From contig JAUCBJ010007159.1 in NCBI GenBank assembly GCA_032718475.1, forward strand, positions 1 through 40,805: a stretch of DNA of 40,805 nucleotides, given 5' to 3'. Source of the DNA: Nemertoderma westbladi (taxonomy: Eukaryota > Animalia > Xenacoelomorpha). A program made the position numbers and the translations under genes. Position 1 is the first letter of the stretch. The number at the start of each line of letters is the position of its first letter. A model generated the notes under the pieces. The model made no database searches. It was not told the origin of the DNA and saw only the letters and a list, made by a program, of their open reading frames with translations. Positions 1-10,490 of the stretch are shown here, one piece after another.

Positions 1-100
1 AGCGTCATATTTGAGCGACTGACAGGACAGCTGATCCATTCCTGTTTACTACATATGCATGGTAATGGGGCCGGGAGTAGTAGGGTCTTGGTCCTCTCTG

Positions 101-411
101 TGACACTTAGACCCCACTGACACCCATTGGGTGTCATATGACACCCAATTATCACCCTATGGGTGTCATTGGGTGTCATTGGCGCCAGACTGTCTGGGTG
201 ACACCTCCCAATTAGGCTAATTAGACCCTAATTGACAGGTGTCATCAATTAATTAGTACAATTAAACCCTAACAGGTGTCATATGACTCCTAATTAGGGT
301 TTAATTGATTATCCTAATTAATCACACTGATTAGCACCCTGACACACAATGGGTCATCAGTGTTGTCTAACTGTCGCAGAGCCGGATCAAGAGGGTGTCA
401 TAAGTGACACC
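101..411. repeat. Array of TGACAC(CC)/(GG)GTGTCA motifs in both orientations forming palindromes and hairpins
   Basis: About 12 motif copies; perfect 24-bp palindrome attgggtgtcat-atgacacccaat at 126-149; 14-bp inverted arms caattaaaccctaa (259-272) / ttagggtttaattg (294-307). Confidence 0.85.
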
Positions 412-784
412 GCAGCTCTTTTATTCATTAATACTTATTTGTTTATATTTAATTTTAATTAATTATTTGCATTTTATTTTATTCGTATTTAATTCTAAAT
501 TAATTATTCATTTGTACTTTATTTTAAATTAATTAATTGTATTACTTTTACTTTATACATTGATTTCTATTTTTAGATTAATTAGTTTTTATATTACCAA
601 TGAGATCAGTATGACATAATGTCTATATTTAGCTCTATGGTTTATAGATCCCTTATCGTTAACTTTATAATCTTTCCTCTCGCGGCCCCTTTGTCTTCGT
701 TATTCAATGGCGCCACTCTGTCTACCATTGAATAACATTGGGCAATCATTATCTCGCCTGATGTGACGACATCAAAGCTGCTCT

Positions 785-891
785 CTGATTGGTTTAATTA
801 TACAGTCTTTTCTCCCTCCTGTTCCCTGATTGGCTAACCCATTCTAGCCCCCTCCCTCTATAATAGCCCCCGTTCACCACATTCCCAATCA
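785..891 (+). promoter_or_regulatory. Pol II-type promoter for the 569-aa ORF (CCAAT boxes plus TATA)
   Basis: Two inverted CCAAT boxes ctgattgg (~786, ~826), TATA-like tataata (~859-865) and ccaatca (~885), within 200 bp upstream of ATG 985. Confidence 0.6.
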
Positions 892-984
892 TTGTCTCTT
901 TGTTTTCCTGAAAAGTTTTAATTATTTTCGTAAAAGTATTTATTTATTTTTATTTCCTAAACGAGTTACCGGTACACAATCACG

Positions 985-2694
985 ATGGCACATTCAGAAA
1001 TCAGCTATTCAAGCAACGATCTGGTTTGCAACGAAAATCAGTTTATGCTACAAGACAACTCGTTTGGTCTATATTTCGATTCGGCGAACAAACTCTTCCC
1101 GTTAACGATAAATACAACCTTAAACCAACCCATCCTGATTCCGGCAAACTATGCTCACTTTATTTTCCGTGCCTACTACGAACTTCACGATGGACAATAT
1201 CAAACCCTCGACGATAATAAACTTCATTCCTCCAACCACGGTTTCAAACTTATAAAAAGGGACAACAAAATAACGTTCAATCTAACTACTTCGCCTGAGA
1301 CGTTTACGATTCCAACTAGCATAGTCGATTTTATTCGAGAAAACATCAACCAAGCTGTGGCAAATCGTTTACTGGGTTTAACCACTCTCGTAACCTCCTT
1401 CTTCTCCGATGATCGCTTATTCGATTTTCATAGTATCGCAAACTCGATTCTTCTTCTCATCTGGAACTCGTCGACTCCGACCGAGGAAGAGGAGACTCGT
1501 TTCTTTAAACTTTTCGAGATTGATGTTCTCGCTTTCGGCGAGAAATTGAATGAGCTCACATGCCTTTACGCCAATAAAGTATCCTATTACTTTGGATTCA
1601 ATTATAGAGTTGGCACCCATGGAAGTATTAACCCAGTGAATCCACTCGAGTTAATAAAGCTGGAAGACACTGTAAACAGTTCATGGATCACCTTTTCCGT
1701 CGCCTGCGCCAATTTATTTCAACAATATGTAAACATCTGTCGCCCTTTTATTAATCCTACTATTCACCTTGTCCTAAAACCGGGCAATTGGGTTGCTTTT
1801 GACTATTGCACTTTTGGGTTTGTTACAAATATTCGGAACGAGCGCAATTTAGCGATCACCAATGGCTACAGGGTTGACGATGGAAAGGCTATTGTTTCTT
1901 CTAGGGGCATGATTCTTCTTACACCAAGCGAGGTCGGCGAATTGAAATGGTTCATTTCATCCTTCGAGGATAGTGAATGTGTCTGCTACGATGAACTTCA
2001 CGTCTACAAAGACAACATTTCCGAGCGAATATCGATACAAAGTTGTATCAGTGATTCAGAAATTGATTTACAGATAACCGAGAGAAAATTTAACGAATCC
2101 ATTACTATAGCTAACACGATTCAAGCGCGCGAGGCTCTAATCAGATTCAAGGCTATGGCTATACAATTTGCTTTCAAACCAAAGCAGATTACGATCCCCA
2201 ATCACCAGCGCTATCTCATAAATAGCAGTATCGCAGCCTTTATCTATAAGTTCAAATCCGAAAAATATGTTGGTATCTGGCCCATTTTAATGAAAGACGA
2301 AGAGAATACCACTTTTCAGTTCACCAACGGTCTCAATATTAGGGGCAGCGATTTTCTCACGATAAATACAACCAACCCACCCAACTCTCACTACTACCTC
2401 AGTCGTTACATTCATATCGAGAACAAACCAGCAGAAATTATATTCACCAATACGAAAAATACCAACACTATTACCCTACCCAATGACTTTACCATCGCGC
2501 ACCTTTTCGATTCACTAAAACGCTCTCTCAGAGAAGGCATCTTTCTCCCGCAGCAAACACACCTTAATCTATTTCAGCCCCCAAGAAAAGGTTATCTCAA
2601 CAAACTATTAAAGATAAAATTATCGCAGCCATTAATAGTATCGGACCCTAAAAGGGTTAAACCAGTTATTCTCGGAGGCCAGCAACCCTATTAA
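985..2694 (+). CDS. Intronless 569-aa orphan protein, possibly tandem PC4/PUR/Whirly-like modules; probably mobile-element or virus derived
   Basis: Uninterrupted 1.7-kb ORF with good ATG context (cacgATGG), promoter and polyA signal. aa ~276-327 (FVTNIRNERNLAI...GKAIVSSRGMILLTPSEVGELKWFI) and aa ~415-457 (AFIYKFKSEKYVGIW...NGLNIRGSDF) resemble PC4 by eye. ORF confidence is high, fold confidence low. Confidence 0.8.
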   Translation: MAHSEISYSSNDLVCNENQFMLQDNSFGLYFDSANKLFPLTINTTLNQPILIPANYAHFIFRAYYELHDGQYQTLDDNKLHSSNHGFKLIKRDNKITFNLTTSPETFTIPTSIVDFIRENINQAVANRLLGLTTLVTSFFSDDRLFDFHSIANSILLLIWNSSTPTEEEETRFFKLFEIDVLAFGEKLNELTCLYANKVSYYFGFNYRVGTHGSINPVNPLELIKLEDTVNSSWITFSVACANLFQQYVNICRPFINPTIHLVLKPGNWVAFDYCTFGFVTNIRNERNLAITNGYRVDDGKAIVSSRGMILLTPSEVGELKWFISSFEDSECVCYDELHVYKDNISERISIQSCISDSEIDLQITERKFNESITIANTIQAREALIRFKAMAIQFAFKPKQITIPNHQRYLINSSIAAFIYKFKSEKYVGIWPILMKDEENTTFQFTNGLNIRGSDFLTINTTNPPNSHYYLSRYIHIENKPAEIIFTNTKNTNTITLPNDFTIAHLFDSLKRSLREGIFLPQQTHLNLFQPPRKGYLNKLLKIKLSQPLIVSDPKRVKPVILGGQQPY

Positions 2695-2712
2695 TATAAA
2701 CAGTCTCTATTT

Positions 2713-2790
2713 ATTAAAAACTGTTCTGACTATAACTTTTGTTATTGTTGATGGTCTTATATTATTTATTATTAATGTTGTTGGTAAATT
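2713..2790 (+). terminator. Polyadenylation signal with GU/U-rich downstream element
   Basis: ATTAAA at 2713-2718 followed by ttttgttattgttg and ttgttgg tracts. Confidence 0.55.
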
Positions 2791-3069
2791 ATTTATCCGT
2801 TGTTGTTATATTATTTAATATTGATGTTGTCGGTAAATTATTTATTCTTGTTTCCCCATAATGTTTAAAAAATATACGATGCTTAACCGGCTATTTTTCA
2901 TTTTTCTCTACTAGTTAATCTATACTATGAGAGCGAGCCATGAAATAAGTGAGTCTCAGTGAGTGCTTCTTCGTAATCAATTTGAATGTTAACCCCTAAA
3001 TAAACAGCCAATCCCTATGAATTCTTTACAAACTCGATATGCAAGTTGTTTATCAGAGTTGAATTTAGG

Positions 3070-3420
3070 CACTGAGGCATAGACTATGACTCACTGAGGC
3101 ATAGACTATGACTCACTGAGGCATAGACTATGCCTCACTGAGGCATAGACTATGCCTCACTGAGGCATAGACTATGCCTCACTGGGGCACTGAGGCATAG
3201 ACTATGCCTCACTGAGGCATAGACTATGACTCACTGAGGCACTGAGGCATAGACTATGCCTCACTGGGGCACTAAGGCATAGACTATGACTCACTGAGGC
3301 ATAGACTATGCCTCACTGAGGCACTGAGGCATAGACTATGCCTCACTGAGGCACTGAGGCATAGACTATGCCTCACTGAGGCATAGACTATGCCTCACTG
3401 AGGCATTGAGGCATAGTCTG
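3070..3420. repeat. 22-bp minisatellite cactgaggcatagactatg(a/c)ct, about 14 copies plus 8-bp partial units
   Basis: Visible periodicity (3070, 3092, 3114...); the gcct variant is a quasi-palindrome TGAGGCATAG-A-CTATGCCTCA. Confidence 0.95.
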
Positions 3421-3482
3421 TGTCAGATATTAAATGAGAGTCTTACAAATTCGAACGTCAACGAACAAATTCGAAGGTTACT

Positions 3483-3555
3483 GTTCCACCTTGGTGTAGT
3501 GGTTGCGTTGAATTCACATCTCCCGTATGTCATGGGTTCGATCCTCACATGAACC
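3483..3555 (+). pseudogene. tRNA-derived (SINE-head-like) sequence
   Basis: A-box-like GGTGTAGTGG and B-box GGTTCGATCC at tRNA spacing; stems degenerate. Confidence 0.5.
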
Positions 3556-3661
3556 AGGGCAGTTTTCGTTTGGTTAGCAATAGGCCTAACGTTGCAAAAT
3601 GCAGTATTATTGCCTAGTAACCAATTCATGGCTATCGTATGGTTTTCACTTCAAGACATTT

Positions 3662-4540
3662 CGCCCTCTAGCGGCAGACTGGGGAACTTCAGACTACTCT
3701 GTGACTCTGCAAAAGATATAGCCTATGCCGTAGTAGATGCCGATTGGGGGGTCAAATTAGGTAATAATATATCTAAATAAGCCACAAACATCTTGCCTCA
3801 TGGCTCGCCCCTTAGAACTCTTAAGCAATATAACTTCATAGTTTTGCGGATTGTAAATAACAAAGCTAGAGAAGATGTTAATTTGTAAATAATACGCCCT
3901 CTAGCGGTAGACTAGGGAACTTCAGACTACTCTGTGACTCTGCAAAAGATATAGCCTATGCCGTAGTAGATGCCGATTGGGGGGTCAAATTAGGTAATAA
4001 TATATCTAAATAAGCCACAAACATCTTGCCTCATGGCTCGCCCCTTAGAACTCTTAAGCAATATAACTTCATAGTTTTGCGGATTGTAAATAACAAAGCT
4101 AGAGAAGATGTTAATTTGTAAATAATACGCCCTCTAGCGGTAGACTAGGGAACTTCAGACTACTCTGTGACTCCGCAAAAGATATAGCCTATGCCGTAGT
4201 AGATAGCGATTGGGGGGTCAAATTAAGTAATAATATATCTAAATAAGCCACAAACATCTTGCCTCATGGCTCGCCCCTTAGAACTCTTAAGCAATATAAC
4301 TTCATAGTTTTGCGGATTGTAAATAACAAAGCTAGAGAAGATGTTAATTTTTAAATAATACGCCATCTAGCGTTAGACAGGGGAACTTCATACTACTCTA
4401 TGGCTCCGCAAAAGATATGGCCTAAGCCGTAGTAGATGCCTACCGAGTTTAAACCCATTCGGAATGAAAATAGCAAAGTTAGAGAAGATGTTAATTTCAG
4501 ATCATACGCCCTCTAGCGGCAGACTATGGAACAGCAGACG
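3662..4540. repeat. 233-bp tandem repeat, three full copies plus degenerate partial copies
   Basis: cgccctctagcgg-type motif recurs at 3662, 3895, 4128 and 4361, with a shortened unit at 4507. Confidence 0.95.
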
Positions 4541-4703
4541 GCTGGATATAGGTAAGAGTAATTAGTAATCAGAGGTGTTACGTTGTTACGTAAATTGTTT
4601 TGCTCAAATTGAGTAAAATTATAGTAACGTACTACTACAGTGGTTTCCAATTTACATTAATAAGGTGGTGAGATTACCTTTGGTTACTTACCTTACCACC
4701 CTC

Positions 4704-4734
<31 letters not shown>

Positions 4735-5192
4735 TGTGTAGAATTCATCGTAAGTCAACCTTTTCTGTTATTTGATTAAAAGCAAATAACGTCACGTACA
4801 AATAACTAAAGTAAACAACCAAAATAAATAAAATTCTATTAACTTTAATATTTACTAATAACGCACACCACTACAAAACAAATCTATGGATATATATAAA
4901 TAACACAGCAATAATATTTATAAAACACAAGTAACACAGATAGGTAGGTAGGGGGTAAATAATAAAGGTGGTTTGTTTCGCAAGTGAACTCAAGAAAATA
5001 TCTTGTACAATAACAAGATAAAACGCAAGGGTTCTGTTGAGCAAAGTTTTTGTCAAGTCAACTATCGTCGATAACCAAGTCGATAATCTAACACAATAAT
5101 ATACCACAATATATTTAATAAGCCACTTATAAAAACATACACACAAAACAAACACACATACATCATGTTCTACTGCAACAAAATCGATTTAA

Positions 5193-5334
5193 CTTCAAAT
5201 CTTTAAGGTGTGTGTAAACTGGATCTTTTACTAGTGACCGTGTATATAATAAATTTCAGTTATATTGCGGCCAACAGGCCTTTAACGAACTGATAGTAAA
5301 AGATCCAGTTTACACACACCTTAAAGATTTGAAG
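5193..5334. repeat. Perfect 41-bp inverted repeat with 60-nt spacer
   Basis: 5193-5233 is the reverse complement of 5294-5334. Confidence 0.9.
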
Positions 5335-6467
5335 CTATGATACCTCCAGTGACCAGGGCGCGCACCAGTTTTCGAAAATCGATTTAAAGAAGTTTAACAA
5401 ACGGTAAAGTTACTCTTAAAATAATAGTTAGTCATACAAGTAACGGCATTTAAGTAAAACCCAGACAGGTGGCGATTTCATCTGATTTATTTCAAATGAT
5501 AACTTAACTTAATATATAATACAGACTGTAGGGGGAGGGGGAGGGGGGGGGGGGGTGTTAATTCAATCTGAGAATCTGAAAATTTGCTCAACAAATTTGC
5601 GTTTTAGAACGATTGGTACATAATGTGTTGTCGCACAGAAATAGAATCGCAAAACACATAAAAATAGAAATAAAATATATTTGATTTTGTTATAATTCTT
5701 CAATATGTTAGGATATTTAATAACATTAACTATTAATTAAAAAAAAAACTAATAGCTTAAAAATGGGAAATATTATTAATAGAAACTTTTATTAAACAAT
5801 TAAAAAAAACCCGTTCGAAGTCATTAATACTGAATAATGTCATGCAAATATAAAATGGTCGTGTTTAACTGAGATATAGGCTACCTTGAATAAAACAAAA
5901 TATTGATAAAATATAAACTAGATTTAATATATATAGATTGGACATTAACTAAAATAATTTAATCTAGTTTCAATTATCTTCCAATAAACTTACATTCATG
6001 CATATTATGTGACTCCTATTTAGCTAAACGTTTATGTAATAAAAACTAAAAATAATAAAGAAAAGAGATTCGCAACACTGCCGGTAGCTTGCAACACGTA
6101 TTTATGTATTTATGTCAAAATTGTAACATTCCGAAACGAACAAAAAAAAAACCGTTGTTGTTAGAAAAAATGAGACAAATTTTGGCGGAATTCATCAACT
6201 TTTATAATAATGGGAATTCAAAAAGCATAAAGATGTTTGTAGCACCTAATATTATAAAATTAAATACGTTAGATATAATATATTTTAATGTTTCATTAGA
6301 ACCGAACCGGTACAGTCTGCTTGTTGGTGTAGCTAGCTTTTATATTTATTTTATTCATAAATGTAGGAATGGTTTGTTTATAATGAACTGTAAAACAATT
6401 CGACGGTGTAAAGTAGAATGTTACAATTTTGGAATACATATTAATGCAAATTACAGAGGAGGGGGAT

Positions 6468-6595
6468 TTTCATCCCTCTCCAGGGGAAAATCGACGCAAA
6501 TAACAGCTGATTACTCCCATAAAAAAAACTGTAACCAGCTATTCACTTTTGTTTATTGTTTTGGTTAGAATAACGTGCCACTGTAACCTGCTCCT
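6468..6595 (+). repeat. Dispersed repeat, copy 1 (copy 2 at ~33180-33311)
   Basis: ttcatccctctccaggggaaa...cagctgattactc...aataacgtgccactgtaacctgctcct shared between the two sites. Confidence 0.8.
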
Positions 6596-7471
6596 ATCGG
6601 TCCACTTTATTATACAACTAAAAAATATGACAACGTAAGATTATATTTATAAAAAAAACCTGTTAACATATTAAACACGAAATGGCTGGGGTGGCGTACA
6701 CTGATATCATACAATGATAGATGCAACTTCGATGAAAAAGAACAACTCATTAAATCTATTTAACCTTGAAATTATTAATACAAATTAACTAGTAATATAA
6801 AACTGGTAAATAATATTGATTTATATATTTGGCTGTGTGTTTGAAGTAGTTCGAGTGAGTCGCATATATAATTTAATGTGTCTGTATTTAATGGAATATC
6901 AATTAAGATTTTATGGAAATTGAATAAGTATGAGGGGCAAATATAACAATTGGTGACCCAATATTGCATGCAATGTCTTATCTATATACACCGACCGGTT
7001 GTTTATTAATTTCAGTGTATAATAAATCTTTATATGCCACTAATATCCGAAAGCAGACCAAAATAATAAACCAAATATATAACCAAAATAACAAACCAAA
7101 TATATATCATTGCCTCTACAGATTCAATTTTAAACCTCAAATAATTCATTTCTTTCTGGGGGGGGGGGGGGGGGGGGGGGGGGATTCCCATGAAATTTAC
7201 ATAATTATCATTAATAATAAGTAGAGAATTAGTTTGTGTGAGAATATCCCTCCCTGTATGGGACCGAATGGGCCGAGTAAATACAATTAATTAGCCCTTA
7301 ACTGTCTGAATGTCTCTGCCTATCTTAATTAATTAATTAACATACAGATATATATATACAGTAAATAAAGAAAATTCATTAAAAAACTTACAGCCGAATA
7401 TATCTGCCTAATTCCGAAAGTTATGAAAAGTTTTATCGGAAGGAAAAGGTATATAAATAGCAGATAAAGTC

Positions 7472-8530
7472 TTAGTTTAGGATCAGGGAGTTAGATAAGG
7501 GGGAGTTTGTGGCGGAGGAAGTCTTAAACTTCCTGTTACTCAACTCTTTCTCGAGTAGCGCAACCCTCTTACTCAACTCTCGATTTCTCAGTGTCACCTG
7601 CTCAATCTGCTCGGCTGACTGCCGCTGGAGGTTGCCCATCTTGAGCCGATAGTTTTTCTCCAGGGTCTGCAGTTCAGCTCGCAGCGTCGTTATCTTAACG
7701 TCTCGTTCTAGAACGGTCGCGTCCCGGGATGCAAGCTGCCGTTGTAGATGGACTTTCTCGTCTCGAAGCCTCGAGATCTGTAACATGTGCTCGTTCAAAC
7801 GTGTTGGATCAACGAAAGCAGATCCCGGATCATTAGCTTGTTCGATAACAACCGGAGGGTTAAACTCAGGAAGTTTAACAACTTCCGAAGATTTACTTAC
7901 CGAACTTTTAGAATTCTTCGAATGCCTCCTCTTCCTATCTTCTTTACGCTCGCTCTCACTCCGATGACGTTTTACACTAGAAGGACAGTTTATAGCTGCT
8001 TTGTCGGACTTATTGCTACGTTGTCGCTGCTCTTTTGTCCGGGATCTGCGATCGACGGTGAGCGATAAGAGTTGCCGCTTCTCTAAGGCGCGTTGTAACG
8101 CCTTCCTGTAGGACTGCATGCACAACCAACACAACAACCTGCCGTCGGATTTGCGACGCATCGCTGGGTTAGCGAACGCGCACGTTTGCCGACATTGGTT
8201 GCATTCTATTGGTGCACCATAGACTGCTTCGCTGTTGCGACATCGATCGCAGGCGTTCCCTGAGAAAGCCGCGATTATATTACAATATTCGCAGGGACGC
8301 GGCTTGCCGAATGTTTTATCGTTCGTTGCGCAGGACTGACAGACGGACAGTGTGGTGTTGTCGCCTTGCTGGAACTCGCTCCGACAGTAGGTGCACTTCA
8401 CGTTGAGTAGAGAACCCCGACATGTTCGACACAGCATTTTCGGTTCGGAAAGATCTTGTAACGGGTGACGGCTGAAACATTTTGTGCAAGAAAACAGGGG
8501 GTTGCCGGACGCGCTGCCGGTACCTGCCAT
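7472..8530 (-). CDS. FAM76: FAM76A/B family protein, 352 aa, single coding exon
   Basis: Diagnostic Cys-rich N-terminus (CTKC, VKCTYCRSEFQQ, PCEYCNIIAAF, CNQCRQTCAF, DGRLLCWLC), basic Ser-rich middle and C-terminal coiled coil. Confidence 0.95.
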   Translation of the reverse strand: MAGTGSASGNPLFSCTKCFSRHPLQDLSEPKMLCRTCRGSLLNVKCTYCRSEFQQGDNTTLSVCQSCATNDKTFGKPRPCEYCNIIAAFSGNACDRCRNSEAVYGAPIECNQCRQTCAFANPAMRRKSDGRLLCWLCMQSYRKALQRALEKRQLLSLTVDRRSRTKEQRQRSNKSDKAAINCPSSVKRHRSESERKEDRKRRHSKNSKSSVSKSSEVVKLPEFNPPVVIEQANDPGSAFVDPTRLNEHMLQISRLRDEKVHLQRQLASRDATVLERDVKITTLRAELQTLEKNYRLKMGNLQRQSAEQIEQVTLRNRELSKRVALLEKELSNRKFKTSSATNSPLSNSLILN

Positions 8531-8840
8531 TTCAGGAGGCGGGAAGAGTCGCTTGGTGAACCGTGATATTGGTGACCAGTATTACTGCAACTGCAGTTTC
8601 GGTACCGGTACTCAGGTACTTCAGTACTTGGTACCGGTATGATGCCTTATAGCCTACTACAGTCAGACAGTACTACACTACAGTCTGACAATCTGACAGT
8701 ACTACTGCAGCATTGCTGTACTGCTGTACTGTTGTGTCTGTACAGCTGTATGCAGGCATGTACCTTACCCCTTAGACTATAAGTAGATTTAATGACGTCA
8801 CACAACTACACTCATGCAATCTCTAAACCACTACTACAGT

Positions 8841-8986
8841 ACTAGGATCGGCATGCTGCATTGCAGCTGCATTTTTAAGAATGCTGTGCCGGCTTATCGA
8901 CAAAATTGCACCGCCACAACTCCCTATCACCCGATGACTAGATCGGGTGACATTTGCTAGATCATCCGCATCTTCAAGGCCAGTGT
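8841..8986 (-). mobile_element. 3'-terminal fragment of the RTE-type LINE
   Basis: Near identical to 12410-12541 apart from a short insertion. Confidence 0.9.
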
Positions 8987-9312
8987 GGGGCGAGCCACGA
9001 AGTGAGTGAGCCTTAGCGTAGTGGTACCATTAATCAACCTGTCGTTCTGTGGGGCGAGCCACGAAGTGAGAGCGCCTTAGCGTAGTGGTACCATTAATCA
9101 ACCTGTGGGGCGAGCCACGAAGTGAGTGAGCCTTAGCGTAGTGGTACTATTAATCAACCTGTCGTTCTGTCGCGTTTTTTTTCAGTATTTTATTTTAAAC
9201 GTTAATAACTCGGCCAATCCTTGATGAAATCTATCCAAACTTGGTACACATGTTGTTTGGCAAAAGTTTGAAAATTTTCCAAGTAGAATTTGCGTGGGGC
9301 CTTCGTGCAGCA
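8985..9312 (+). mobile_element. HINE-like non-autonomous element fragment with triplicated 56-64-bp head
   Basis: gtggggcgagccacgaagtgag units at 8985, 9049 and 9105; ccaaacttggtacac motif shared in reverse with ~33740; head resembles 2931. Confidence 0.5.
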
Positions 9313-10490
9313 TCAGTGTAACTGTTATTGTAGTTATAATATATTTATTTATCCAAAATTAACATGGTTAAATTATTATTACTGTAGGATAAATCAGCTG
9401 GTTTTCTGACAAATTTTGCAAAACATAGGGGCTGTCTGCCAATCTGCATGTACCATTTGTACCGGTACTGTCAGGCTGTACTCAATTCCTGAATCGAGAA
9501 TTCTGCAATCAGTCAATACTGCAATACAGGTCAGCCGGTACCATACACTGCAGACATGCCATATCATGTAATCTAAACATGGCCCCGGAAACCCTTGCGG
9601 TGATTATAGTTTAGGCCTAATTAGCCTAGTACCGGTAATAATAATATAATAGTTTAGATAGTTCAGTAGTTACCGCTAATCATTCAGTCATTGGCACGGT
9701 ACACCGTATTGCTGTACTGCCGTTGTAGTGCGCACCATAGGTACCACCCATGCGTAGGCTGACTGTGCTGATTATGGTACTGTCAGACTGTGGTACCTAA
9801 GCTATATACTGTTAGGTATATTGCTGTATTGGGGTGGGGTTAGGAATAATCCATTTGTTTTAGCATTGAACTGTTGAATCCCCTTATTTATTATAAAACC
9901 ATTGGAAATATTCGCACCCTGCAAACAATTTAACGTTCAAATGGTGTTGAACAACGAAAAATTTATAACAAATAAACGCTAGAATCTGACGTTAGTAAAA
10001 GTAGATCAAACGTTCGTTTGGCCGCTTTTGTGACGTTAAAATTACCCCCAAATCAACGTTGAATTTTACGTCAAATATATATATTCCAACGTTATCTTTA
10101 ACCGTTGAATTTGCAGTATATTAATCGTTAAACCAACTTCAGTTAATCAACAAAACCAAAAACTGACGTTAGATATCCATATTCCAACGTTTATTTAATC
10201 AGGGATTTTCAGTTTTTCAGGCCACTAGCAGACTAGGTAAAGTTCACGTTACCTTACGTTGTACATTGCACATTATAATTATCTCATCAGCATTATTAAT
10301 ACAACATATAGGCCTAAAATATGTTATGTGAATTATAAATGAATAGAAACTTTATGTTTGAAACTGGAAACTTATTCATTTATTTATTTACATTATAAAT
10401 GAAATTATTACAAAATAATCAGATAGTTAGTTGACAGCACAGATACAGTCTATAGTTCGCATTGGCAAAAATAAGTCTTACTGAAACAAA

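Larger units (their letters stand above)
2919..4545 (+). mobile_element. Non-autonomous Helitron/Helentron-type (HINE/DINE-like) element with internal tandem repeats
   Basis: a|TCTATACTAT start; gcgagccatga (~2933) is inverted to tcatggctcgc in the downstream units; recurring cgccctctagcgg motif; internal minisatellite and 233-bp tandem array. Right boundary uncertain. Confidence 0.5.

Noticed and set aside
266-300. Telomeric repeat (CCCTAA/TTAGGG)
   Set aside because: Isolated hexamers within a hairpin, not a tandem array
4703-4731. Long C/G homopolymers (also ~5531, ~7158, ~33144) as G-quadruplex elements
   Set aside because: Simple mononucleotide runs with no functional context; lengths are unreliable in assemblies
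6089-7224. ORFs 6089-6568, 6775-6969 and 6964-7224
   Set aside because: AT-rich, low-complexity translations running through a dispersed repeat and a G homopolymer
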